Below, piece after piece: positions 8,403 through 16,914 of a stretch of 25,546 nt of DNA (the stretch's first letter is position 1; every line of letters begins with the position of its first letter). The translations under genes and the position numbers were made by a program. Source of the stretch: Fidelibacterota bacterium (lineage in GTDB: Bacteria > Fidelibacterota > Marinisomatia > Marinisomatales > S15-B10); NCBI GenBank assembly GCA_046861655.1, contig JBHIAI010000011.1, forward strand, positions 1 through 25,546, written 5' to 3'. The notes beneath the pieces were generated by a model. The model saw only the letters and a list, made by a program, of their open reading frames with translations, was not told where the DNA came from and did no database searches.

Positions 8403-9473
8403 CTACGGGCGCCCCAACATTTTTTCAATCAGGGCCCAAAGGGCTTTCTCCCCTTCGCTGGAGGGAACGAAATGTATTCCCAGGCTAAAAAGAGGGACAT
8501 TTTCGGAGGTCCAGGACCGGACCTTAAACACATCCTTTTCTGTTGTCACTGCAAGTTCCGCCCCCAGGGATTCCCCTTTTGCCGCCAAATTCTCCACTTC
8601 GGTTCGCGAGTAATGGTGATGATCTTCAAAGATGTCAAATCCTACTATCTGGCCGCCGCACTTCTGGATGATCTGTCGAAAGGAGTCCGGGTCGGCAATT
8701 CCGCAAAAGGCAAAGACCTTTGTATCCCGGATCCTTGATATGGAGACGGCCTTTTCCGTCTTCGCATCCAACAGCCGGTTCGGTTGGGAGGTGCTGGTGA
8801 AGGTGGGGACTCCCCACTGGGCCGCCCTTCCCAGGAGGGACGGGTCCGGACCTCTTCGCCCGTCACAAGACAAAAGGTTGGATTTTGTCCAGAAAATGAT
8901 GTCTGCCCGCCGAAGGTGAATCCAGGGCTCCCTCAGTCTACCGTAGGGGAGCAATTTGTAATCCTCGGGCGAATCTTTGCTGTTAAGCAGCACCAGGTCC
9001 ACATCCCTTTCCAGTGCCCGATGTTGGAAGGCGTCATCCAGGATTACTACATCGGGCTTGAACCGCCCTACGGCGACCATGCCGCCCCGGTACCGGATTT
9101 CGTCCACAATGACGGGCGTCCCGGGGAGTTGTCTGGCGGTAAGATAGGGCTCGTCCCCAGCCGTTCTTTCTGATGCCTGGATTTTCTCTCCATCCGAGAC
9201 CACAACAGTGCCAGTACCTTCCCGCTTGTATCCCCGGCTTACCACGGCCACTTTGTACCCCTTCTCTGTCAATCTCCGGGCCAGATAGATGACAGCGGGG
9301 GTTTTCCCGGTACCTCCCACGGAAAGGTTTCCCACGCTGATTACCGGGACGGGCAGTCGACGGCTCACGAAAAAGCCAACGGCATAAAAAAGATTTCGCC
9401 AGAAGATCATGGCCCAATAGAAAAGGGCCAGAGGGAATAGCAGGTACCTAAACTTTGGAGAGACTAAGGGCAT
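8403..9473 (-). CDS. lpxK: Tetraacyldisaccharide 4'-kinase
   Basis: VISVGNLSVGGTGKTP P-loop, SRGY, GDEP, LDDAFQH, LLPYGRLRE, FEDHH and TTEKD motifs. Confidence 0.97.
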   Translation of the reverse strand: MPLVSPKFRYLLFPLALFYWAMIFWRNLFYAVGFFVSRRLPVPVISVGNLSVGGTGKTPAVIYLARRLTEKGYKVAVVSRGYKREGTGTVVVSDGEKIQASERTAGDEPYLTARQLPGTPVIVDEIRYRGGMVAVGRFKPDVVILDDAFQHRALERDVDLVLLNSKDSPEDYKLLPYGRLREPWIHLRRADIIFWTKSNLLSCDGRRGPDPSLLGRAAQWGVPTFTSTSQPNRLLDAKTEKAVSISRIRDTKVFAFCGIADPDSFRQIIQKCGGQIVGFDIFEDHHHYSRTEVENLAAKGESLGAELAVTTEKDVFKVRSWTSENVPLFSLGIHFVPSSEGEKALWALIEKMLGRP

Positions 9474-10098
9474 CTGCTTTTTCCTGGATGGTGTTCAATT
9501 TCTGTTCCAGTATCAGGCAGCTGTCGTCAATATCCGCATCGGGACGGATCTCCATGGGTTCCCCGAACACGAATGATATTCGACCGAACGGTTTGGGCAC
9601 AACAAACGCATCCCAGCTTTTGATCTCCCACCTCCGGGAAGCCTGACCCGATATGGGTATGATAACCGCCCCGGTTTTCATGGCGGTTTTGACAGCACCG
9701 GGCTTTATCTTCTGTTTTGGACCTTTCGGACCGTCCGGTGCCATCCCTACCAGTTCCCCCGGCCTTGACAGAACGTCCACCAAAGCCTTGTAGGCCCTAA
9801 CGGCCCCCCTGGTGCTTGACCCTCGAACATAGTTCCACCCCATTTTGACACCTACCCTCATGAAAATCTCAGCGTCCCTATGCAGTCCTGCCAGGACGTA
9901 AACCCCCCTGTTTCGCAAAAAATACAGGGGAAACAACGATCTTCCATGCCAACAGCAGAATATGATGGATTTCCCCAAAGCCTGGACTTTCTCCAGGCTT
10001 TCGGGGTGTATGATCTCATGGCGGTTCAGTTTGAACAATAATCTGAGAACCGGTTCCCCCAGATGAACACCCAGTGTGAAAAGAAACCGTTGGGTCAT
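9448..10098 (-). CDS. DUF374 / lysophospholipid acyltransferase family protein (LpxJ-like lipid A late acyltransferase)
   Basis: WHGR, RGSSTRG, PDGPKGP and SWD..VVPKPF motifs. The start at ATG 10098 overlaps the lpxB stop (ATGA); the track's upstream extension lies inside lpxB. Confidence 0.85.
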   Translation of the reverse strand: MTQRFLFTLGVHLGEPVLRLLFKLNRHEIIHPESLEKVQALGKSIIFCCWHGRSLFPLYFLRNRGVYVLAGLHRDAEIFMRVGVKMGWNYVRGSSTRGAVRAYKALVDVLSRPGELVGMAPDGPKGPKQKIKPGAVKTAMKTGAVIIPISGQASRRWEIKSWDAFVVPKPFGRISFVFGEPMEIRPDADIDDSCLILEQKLNTIQEKADALSLSKV

Positions 10099-11240
10099 CC
10101 TGATACCTTGAGCCCGTTGTCCAGGCGCTCCAGAATGAGTCGGGCTGCCCGGCGACTGGCTCCAGGACCACCCAGTTGTTCCCGTACTTTCCCGAGCTTC
10201 GCCTTCATATGATCCTTTTCGACAGAAGACTCTATCCATACCCTCAAAAGCGCCGCCGCCCGCTTTCCCGTCGCTTCCCTCTGAAGGAGTTCGGGAAAGA
10301 TCTCCTCATCCGCTATCAGGTTGGGCAGTGCTACCCAGCCAACTCCGGCCAGCCGCCGGCCGATTTCCCAGCTCACTGCCGACATTCTGTAGATCACCAC
10401 GCAGGGAGTTCCGAAGATAGCTCCTTCCAGAGTAGCGGTTCCCGATGCCACCAGCCCAAACGTCCCGAAGCGCAGCACGAGTTGCGGCCTGTCTTCCTCA
10501 ACGGAAAAGAGTTCCTTCTCAATCCTTCCCAGCTCCACCCCCGGAGCCCGGCCTATGACACCCTTCACCTCGTAGCCATCCTCCGCAAGTCCCCTCACAG
10601 CTCTTGCCATGACCGGAAGGTGTCGATCCACCTCCTGCTGACGGCTTCCCGGCATAAGGCCCAGGGCGATGATTCCGGCCCCCAACCTGTGCTTGTGTCG
10701 GAAAGCATCCAGACTCGTCGTCTCCTCCGGTTGGTCCAGCAGGGGATGACCCACAAAGGTCGCCGACACTCCCCGTTCCCCGTACCACCTTTCCTCAAAG
10801 GGGAAAATACAAAGAATCTGATCCACAACCTCTTTGAGCGTCTTCACCCTTTTCTCCCGCCAGGCCCAAACCTGGGGAGGGATGTAATATGTAACGGGAA
10901 TTCCTGTCCCGGCGAGCCTCCGGGCCAGAGTCAGGTTGAATCCCGGATAATCGATCAGAATGGCACGAACCGGGTTTCTCCGCTCGCACTCCCGAAGCAC
11001 TCGCTTGTAAACGGTTCGAAGGAAGGGATACTTACCCAGCACCTCGGTGAACCCCATCACCGCCATGTTATCCACATGCTCCAGAAGTTCCACTCCTGCC
11101 CGTCCCATCGACGCTCCCCCGATCCCAAAAAACGTCAGATTCCCGTCCAGTCGGGTCATTTCACCCATCAGACGAGCGCCGTGGAGATCACCGGACGCTT
11201 CTCCGGCCACTATGAGCACATTCTTTGAACGGGAGGCCAT
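10095..11240 (-). CDS. lpxB: Lipid-A-disaccharide synthase
   Basis: AGEASGDLHG, IDYPGFN, YYIPPQVWAWR, FPFE, FVGHPL, PGSR..E, SGTATLE and LPNLIA...PELLQ motifs. Confidence 0.97.
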   Translation of the reverse strand: MASRSKNVLIVAGEASGDLHGARLMGEMTRLDGNLTFFGIGGASMGRAGVELLEHVDNMAVMGFTEVLGKYPFLRTVYKRVLRECERRNPVRAILIDYPGFNLTLARRLAGTGIPVTYYIPPQVWAWREKRVKTLKEVVDQILCIFPFEERWYGERGVSATFVGHPLLDQPEETTSLDAFRHKHRLGAGIIALGLMPGSRQQEVDRHLPVMARAVRGLAEDGYEVKGVIGRAPGVELGRIEKELFSVEEDRPQLVLRFGTFGLVASGTATLEGAIFGTPCVVIYRMSAVSWEIGRRLAGVGWVALPNLIADEEIFPELLQREATGKRAAALLRVWIESSVEKDHMKAKLGKVREQLGGPGASRRAARLILERLDNGLKVSG

Positions 11241-11247
11241 GGGACGG

Positions 11248-11820
11248 TCACAGGTATAATCTGATCAACAAAGTCACAAGAAAGGCTGCCAGAGTTTGAA
11301 GGGTTCGCTTCTCGGTTTTCAGGGTCCGAAGCCACGACGCAGGAGGTGTCGGGCTTCTTCCCTTCCACGGAGTGATCCTCGGTATCACCCGCGGCACGGC
11401 TTCCATGTATGCCCTGTACCGGTCTCCGAAAAGTCGCCTCAAGGTCTCTTCTTCCAGGGAAATAATCAGTCCATACTGAACCCAGAAGAAGATGGCAGTC
11501 ACCGCAAGCATGATCCACAGATATTGACCCCCTGCCAGGAAAACCACGCCCTCGTAGATTAAGAAGTTACCCAGGTAGAGCGGGTTTCTTACGTGGGCGA
11601 ATGGGCCCGAGGTGCACAGCGTCTTCGCCCCTACCTTCCGGGTACGGGTTCTTCCACCCGCGTGGCGAACACCGCCGAGCCGTATCCCTTCGCCTGCTGT
11701 CATAAGAATGATTCCGGGCACCAGAAGGGTTCCCCTGCGGTCGGCCAGGTACAGGATGACCAGGGCCAGGGGGATGGACGTGTAACTTCGGTATCGGAAA
11801 AAGAACTCCCGAATGCTCAT
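11248..11820 (-). CDS. Isoprenylcysteine carboxyl methyltransferase (ICMT/PEMT) family membrane methyltransferase; possible lipid A phosphate methyltransferase (LmtA-like)
   Basis: GE.IR, L.TSGPFAHVRNPLYLGN and EE..L...FGD.Y..Y...VPR motifs; several TM helices; lies directly upstream of lpxB. Confidence 0.85.
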   Translation of the reverse strand: MSIREFFFRYRSYTSIPLALVILYLADRRGTLLVPGIILMTAGEGIRLGGVRHAGGRTRTRKVGAKTLCTSGPFAHVRNPLYLGNFLIYEGVVFLAGGQYLWIMLAVTAIFFWVQYGLIISLEEETLRRLFGDRYRAYMEAVPRVIPRITPWKGRSPTPPASWLRTLKTEKRTLQTLAAFLVTLLIRLYL

Positions 11821-11878
11821 AGAGTCCCCGATCTAAAGAATCGGGATTTTCAACAGGAGGGAGCAGGGGCGGGAGATT

Positions 11879-12907
11879 TCAATGAATGTCCTGTTCGATC
11901 TTTTCCTGAATAATGCTGGCAATTCTCAAGGCTTCCCGGCCCTCTTCTCCTGTCACGATGGGGGTTTCCAGGCCCTGAACCGACCGGACAAAATTCTCCA
12001 GCTCCAGTCTCAGGGCGTCCCGCTTCTTGGGTTCAGGCATTTCATAGACAATCTGTCGGTGCTTATGATTGCCTTCCAGGGGGGCGGAAACGACGGCATT
12101 GGGATCTTTTTCGTGGGCTTCGAGAATGCGGTAGACTTCCGTGAGGCCCATGAGAAAGTCAATGGTTACGTACATGTCCTGCTGAAAGATTCTCAGCTTC
12201 CTGACGTAATCCTTCGCGATACGGCTGGACGTGATATTGGCCACACACCCGTTTTCAAACCGCAGCCGGGCATTGGCAATATCCACGGACTTGGTCATGA
12301 TGGAAACCCCTGAAGCGTGAACCGATTTGACGGGGGATTTCACCAGGGACAGAATGACGTCCAGGTCATGGATCATGAGATCCAGTACCACCGGGACATC
12401 TGTTCCCCTCACCACGTAGGGCGCCAGTCTGTGGGTTTCGATATACCGTGGAGCCAGAACAACGCCGTTCAAGGCCAGAAGAGCCGGATTCAACCGTTCG
12501 ATATGTCCTACTTGAACCAGAACCGATTTCTCCCTGGCGTGCACAAGCAACCGGTCGGCTTCCTGTATGGTCTTGCATATGGGCTTTTCAATGAGAACGT
12601 GCTTCCCTCCCCCAATGCAGACAGTGGCAACCGAGAAATGATCCCTTGTCGGGACCGCGATGGTGAGCGCGTCCGATTCCTCAATCAGAGCCTCAAGAGA
12701 CCCGAACTGCTTCGCCCCCGATGTCCGGGAGATGAGATTCGCCCTTTCGGGATCGATATCGTAGAACCCTGGGCACAGGACTTCAGGAATCTTCTGGAGA
12801 TGTTCAAGATGGCGGCTACCGAGGTGACCTACGCCGACGACACCCACCTTTACGCTGTTGCGGGATATGGACATGGATATTGGGACAATTCGACCGCGGC
12901 TATCCAA
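11879..12907 (-). CDS. Gfo/Idh/MocA family NAD-dependent oxidoreductase (GnnA-like, UDP-GlcNAc 3-dehydrogenase candidate)
   Basis: GVVGVGHLG Rossmann motif, HVLIEKP, QVGHIERLNP, DVPVVLDLMIHDLD and DIANARLRFENG. TTG start with GAGGGA upstream; an alternative ATG lies at 12874. Confidence 0.9.
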   Translation of the reverse strand: MDSRGRIVPISMSISRNSVKVGVVGVGHLGSRHLEHLQKIPEVLCPGFYDIDPERANLISRTSGAKQFGSLEALIEESDALTIAVPTRDHFSVATVCIGGGKHVLIEKPICKTIQEADRLLVHAREKSVLVQVGHIERLNPALLALNGVVLAPRYIETHRLAPYVVRGTDVPVVLDLMIHDLDVILSLVKSPVKSVHASGVSIMTKSVDIANARLRFENGCVANITSSRIAKDYVRKLRIFQQDMYVTIDFLMGLTEVYRILEAHEKDPNAVVSAPLEGNHKHRQIVYEMPEPKKRDALRLELENFVRSVQGLETPIVTGEEGREALRIASIIQEKIEQDIH

Positions 12908-13055
12908 ATATAGAGACTCCCTCTTACTTATGGAACCTCAATATGGGAATCTTGCTTGAGATGGGGGGCGGGTTTTTTGAGCTTGCTTTTCAGCCACAAA
13001 TTGAACATATTTTTTGGATTGCGAATTTCGTCTCCCACGCCCCCTTAGAACAAAC

Positions 13056-13649
13056 ATGGCGAATCAGGACATCAAAGCGCTGTTCGGTTACCTGATCCTC
13101 TTGGGTGCCATCATAGGCGTGGTACTATCTTTTGCGGCTACCCATTTCACCCTGGCTGTCCTGTTCGTGGTGGGCGGACTACTGACCTGGATGATATACG
13201 TCAATGTGGCCCAGGTCCTGATTCACAGGCAGACCGGAGCTATCCTGATCATCTTCGGAGTCCTTTTGGCCTCTGCAGTGTTCCTGGCCTTCGGTATTGA
13301 ACAGGATATGTGGGGGGGCTACCGTCTCAAACCCGAGGGAGCCATACTATCCTTTGTTCTTCTTTTGTTCGGGATCATGCCAGGACTGATCTTTTACTAT
13401 TACCACAAACCCACCAGGCCCATCCAGCCTCCACAGGCCAGGGCAGACCAGCCATCCGAAACGCCCCGCACTCCTCCACCTTCAAGTCAGCCCGAATCCC
13501 CCGGCGTTTCCCCGGAAGAATACGCCGAATGGGCGGAACAGACCCTCCCGGAGGGATACGAATACTACGACCCCGAACTGTTGGCCGCCTACTATGAGGG
13601 AGAGTACGAGGAAGAGGAGGAGGAAGAAAACAACGAAGATAGCCAGTAA
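13056..13649 (+). CDS. Hypothetical membrane protein (~4 TM) with Pro-rich linker and acidic Tyr/Glu-rich tail
   Basis: ATG 13056; four hydrophobic segments; tail YEYYDPELLAAYYEGEYEEEEEEENNEDSQ. Confidence 0.75.
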   Translation: MANQDIKALFGYLILLGAIIGVVLSFAATHFTLAVLFVVGGLLTWMIYVNVAQVLIHRQTGAILIIFGVLLASAVFLAFGIEQDMWGGYRLKPEGAILSFVLLLFGIMPGLIFYYYHKPTRPIQPPQARADQPSETPRTPPPSSQPESPGVSPEEYAEWAEQTLPEGYEYYDPELLAAYYEGEYEEEEEEENNEDSQ

Positions 13650-13671
13650 CCGTCCTCCAACGGTGGGACGG

Positions 13672-14067
13672 TCAGCTGTCTCCCTGGGGCCAGAGTTTCC
13701 ACCATTTGCCGTCCTGCCATCTTTCCATTTCCGGTCGCAGGAACGTAGCGACCCCTCGATATAGGGTCCCTTTCACCCGCACTTTGCTTAAGAAGAAGCG
13801 CCCCAGAACGTCTCGGGGAACGCCGTTGTCCGTTTTGGACCCGCTCACGTAGTACCACCGGAAATCATCCGTTACCAGCCCGGCCACTTCCCCTTTCTTC
13901 CAGAAGTGATCCGGATCGCACAGTTCCCCCTCCAGGAAACAGTGCAAGCCGCTGATTCGGCCCTCCACGGTGACTTCTTCCCCCGATGATTTCCGGCTTC
14001 CATGCAGGCTCACAGCTGCCGCCACCACTGTCGCCAAGGCCAAAAGGTGGATCCCCCTGATGTTCAT
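13672..14067 (-). CDS. Hypothetical exported protein (small, possibly OB-fold-like, with HC-X6-C motif)
   Basis: Strong RBS GGAGGTGAGG before the ATG; signal peptide; VTVEGRI...HCFLEGELC...KVRVKG. Confidence 0.72.
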   Translation of the reverse strand: MNIRGIHLLALATVVAAAVSLHGSRKSSGEEVTVEGRISGLHCFLEGELCDPDHFWKKGEVAGLVTDDFRWYYVSGSKTDNGVPRDVLGRFFLSKVRVKGTLYRGVATFLRPEMERWQDGKWWKLWPQGDS

Positions 14068-14116
14068 ACCTCACCTCCCATTCTAGGATTCCGATCCAGG
14101 ATGTACTTGCCCTTGC

Positions 14117-14145
14117 AAACTAGGGTATAACCCGTCCGTTGTCAA
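14117..14145 (-). promoter_or_regulatory. Putative sigma70 promoter embedded in an inverted repeat
   Basis: TTGACA (14145-14140), N17, TAGTTT (14122-14117), flanked by GCCCTTG/CAAGGGC (14109-14115 / 14143-14149). Confidence 0.5.
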
Positions 14146-14150
14146 GGGCT

Positions 14151-14708
14151 TCACTCCCTCTCTATCACACCGCAGGCCAGTCTGCCACCCCCGGCCCCTC
14201 CCGACACGCCGGTGGTTCCTTCATCGCGATCCTTGTGAACAATCAGAGCACTGCCGTCCTCATCGAACAGACTCAGTGGCCCTGGAGACAGGGTGATGCG
14301 ACTGGTCCGGTGTTCCAGGACCGCCACTCCTGTTTCACCGGCCACCAGATTGGGAAGGTCCCCCATATGAAAGGGGTGGTTGGCGTCCGGATCGGACAAC
14401 CCGTAAGGACCGGGATCAAAATGTCCCCCTGCGGCCTTGAAATCTGGCTCGCATGTTCCTACCTCATGAATGTGCAGCCCGTGAACGGAGCCCGGTTGTA
14501 ACCCCCTTACTTCCACCACAACCAGTACGGTGGGAAGTATACCTGAGCCCCCCTGTACGAAAAGAGCTTCCCCGGAAACATTCGACCCCGGCTCCCCTGA
14601 GATGTCCGCGTGTGCGGTCAGGACTGGAGGTCTGCTGGAACCGGGAAAGCCCAGGACTGTTCCCAGGACCAGGATTCCGAGTATTATCCCTTTCGAATCG
14701 TGTTTCAT
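14151..14708 (-). CDS. sodC: Periplasmic Cu/Zn superoxide dismutase
   Basis: Signal peptide; HGLHIH, C....AAGGHF, HPFHMGDLPNL, LIVH...D and GGAGGRLACG. ATG 14708 has an AGGAGG RBS. Confidence 0.93.
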   Translation of the reverse strand: MKHDSKGIILGILVLGTVLGFPGSSRPPVLTAHADISGEPGSNVSGEALFVQGGSGILPTVLVVVEVRGLQPGSVHGLHIHEVGTCEPDFKAAGGHFDPGPYGLSDPDANHPFHMGDLPNLVAGETGVAVLEHRTSRITLSPGPLSLFDEDGSALIVHKDRDEGTTGVSGGAGGGRLACGVIERE

Positions 14709-14822
14709 GTTTCCCTCCTGTGGATGAGTAAGAAATACCAAAGGACCAAGTAGCGGGGGTCAACGTACGAATTGGGCGCGACCCCGTCATTGCGATCACG
14801 AATCCCACATTTCGTTACCGGC

Positions 14823-15425
14823 CTAAAAGAGGCTTTCCTGCCCTGGCGGGGGCTCCAGAACGGGTCGGGAATCAAGAAATCTCTTCAACGCTCTCACATG
14901 TACCAGGGCCTCGTCCCCAAGATCGGGACGGCGCAAAACCGCGGCCGGATGAAGCAGAGGAAACAGAAAGTAATCTTTGAGAGCAGTGGCTTCTCCTTGA
15001 ACCTCCTGAATCTTCGCTGGCCTACCCAGCAAGACCTGAAGGGCCATGTTTCCCAGGGGACATACCACCTTGGGCTTCATCAGACGAATCTCTTCCAGGA
15101 GGTAGGGGGTACAGGTCTTGATTTCTTGCGCCCTCGGGAGACGGCCAGCCGGAGGGAGACACCGGGTCACGTTCGTAATCCAAACCTCACTCCTTCCCAA
15201 CCCGATTTCCCCGATCCATTCATTCAGCAGATCTCCAGCCCGACCCACGAACGGTCTCCCTGACGCGTCCTCGTTTTCTCCCGGCCCCTGTCCCACAAAC
15301 ACCAGGTGGGGCTCGGGATTTCCCTCACCGGGAACCGACCGGCTTCGGGAGAGATGAAGTGGGCACCGGGTACAGCTCAGAATCCGTTCCCGTAGGGCAT
15401 TCAATTCTGGGCTCATATCACCCAC
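14823..15425 (-). CDS. Uracil-DNA glycosylase family 4 ([4Fe-4S])
   Basis: CTRCPL, GEGN, GQGPG..ED..GRPFVGRAG, ITNVTRCLPP, CTPYL and HPAAVLR. Start is either GTG 15425 or ATG 15416. Confidence 0.92.
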   Translation of the reverse strand: MGDMSPELNALRERILSCTRCPLHLSRSRSVPGEGNPEPHLVFVGQGPGENEDASGRPFVGRAGDLLNEWIGEIGLGRSEVWITNVTRCLPPAGRLPRAQEIKTCTPYLLEEIRLMKPKVVCPLGNMALQVLLGRPAKIQEVQGEATALKDYFLFPLLHPAAVLRRPDLGDEALVHVRALKRFLDSRPVLEPPPGQESLF

Positions 15426-16914
15426 GAGAGACCTTCTCGGGATTCACCCGGTTCTCCACCATCATCAACACAACATCCAGAAACATCGCCAAAAGGGCGG
15501 CAGGAACCGCCCCGGATAGGATGAGCCCCGTATCGTTCATGCTGATGCCGGTCAGAATCGGTTCTCCCAGACCTCCTGCTCCGATGAAGGCAGCCAGAGT
15601 GGCGGTCCCTACACAGATAACGGTGGAGGTGCGAATCCCGGCAACGATTACCCGGGCTCCTTGGGGAAGTTCAAGAAAAATGAGCTTTTGATACGGAGTG
15701 AGTCCCTGCCCATCGGCCACCTCTACAAGGGCCCGGGGAACGTTCACGATTCCCGCGTACGTGTTGCGCAGAATGGGAAGAACACTGTACAGAAAAAGGG
15801 CTACGATGGCCGGCTTGAATCCTATGCCCAGAAGGGGAATGAGAGCCCCGAGAAGAGCGATGCTGGGAATGGTCTGAACAGCATTGGCGAATCCCATGAG
15901 AAAGGTGGCAACCCGCCGGTTTCGACTCATCCAGATTCCTCCGGGTATCCCAAAGAGAATGGCTCCCAATACGGCCAGACCGGTCAAGAAAAGATGTCTG
16001 GTCGTGTGACGTCCGATGGCCATGATTCCTCCTCGACCGGCGGTCCCTTTTATCCCCCTTTCTCTCAGAAAATCGGCCACAACCGAAGGATAGTCTCCTC
16101 CTGCCTCCTTGGCCCGGAGATTCAAGTGTTGCATTACCGGGTTGGTCAGTTCCCCAGCGAGACTGTTTAGCGCCTGTCTGAGGCCCATGAACTGCCTGAG
16201 CGCTTCCATCCTTACGAGGGGCGCACCGAAATAATCGGGAAAAAAGTTCCTGTCATCTTCCAGGACTCTTAGGTCGTACTGAAGGATTTCCCCATCGGTC
16301 AAATAGGCGTCAGTGAGATCAACCTTTCCGGCCTCCATGGCGTCATAGGCCAGGTGATGACGGATTCCCCTTACGTCCCTGAAGTTCAGTCCGTAGGCTT
16401 CCTTCAGCCCCCGCCATCCATCTTCCCGCTCCAGAAATTCGTGGGTAAACGCCGCCCGGAGGTCCCCATGTCCTCTGAGCTGAGTATAGTTGCCGATGCC
16501 CAGGTGAACAGCAACCCGTTCCGGGATTATGAGGGCCCAGCTGTTGTTGAAACCGAACGGTTCGAGCCACGTGATCCCGAACCGGCTCTCAAAGATTTCC
16601 CGAAGCTCTTTCAGGTTATCCGTGTCCACTTCTTGAGACTTCAGGATCACCAAGGCGCCGGTTCCCGAGTATTCTGGGTAGACATCGATTTCGCCCTCCC
16701 TTAAGGCCCGGAATGTACCATACGTTCCCTCCAGCCCGAACTTTCTCTCAACGGTGTAAGGGGTCTTTGCCTCAATAATCTGGCTCAAGAGTTCCGCCAG
16801 GACGTAGTTTTCCGTAAACGGCTTGCTCCCCACCACGATGGATCGGTCTGACGATTGGACGAACCCGTGGAACGCTCCCCAGATGAGAAGGGTGAAACCC
16901 CACCTGAGCCTCAT
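15418..16914 (-). CDS. Osmoprotectant (glycine betaine/choline-type) ABC transporter, fused substrate-binding protein + permease
   Basis: N-terminal OpuAC-type SBP (GSKPFTE, YPEYSGT, GFNNSW, REDG, LEDDRNFFPDY) and C-terminal permease (QTIPSIAL, LPILRNT, ATLAAFIGAGGLG). Confidence 0.92.
   Translation of the reverse strand: MRLRWGFTLLIWGAFHGFVQSSDRSIVVGSKPFTENYVLAELLSQIIEAKTPYTVERKFGLEGTYGTFRALREGEIDVYPEYSGTGALVILKSQEVDTDNLKELREIFESRFGITWLEPFGFNNSWALIIPERVAVHLGIGNYTQLRGHGDLRAAFTHEFLEREDGWRGLKEAYGLNFRDVRGIRHHLAYDAMEAGKVDLTDAYLTDGEILQYDLRVLEDDRNFFPDYFGAPLVRMEALRQFMGLRQALNSLAGELTNPVMQHLNLRAKEAGGDYPSVVADFLRERGIKGTAGRGGIMAIGRHTTRHLFLTGLAVLGAILFGIPGGIWMSRNRRVATFLMGFANAVQTIPSIALLGALIPLLGIGFKPAIVALFLYSVLPILRNTYAGIVNVPRALVEVADGQGLTPYQKLIFLELPQGARVIVAGIRTSTVICVGTATLAAFIGAGGLGEPILTGISMNDTGLILSGAVPAALLAMFLDVVLMMVENRVNPEKVSRG

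Noticed and set aside
10176..11228. 350-aa plus-strand ORF (likewise 495..1325, 2156..3127, 4040..4735, 20393..21064, 22834..23598, 24306..25118)
   Set aside because: These are antisense shadows of well-supported genes in GC-rich DNA and carry no recognisable motifs.
12961..12980. GGGGGGCGGGTTTTTT as a terminator
   Set aside because: No complementary upstream arm was found, and it lies between divergent genes.
13604..13636. GAG/GAA run as a DNA tandem repeat
   Set aside because: It is explained by poly-Glu coding with mixed codons.
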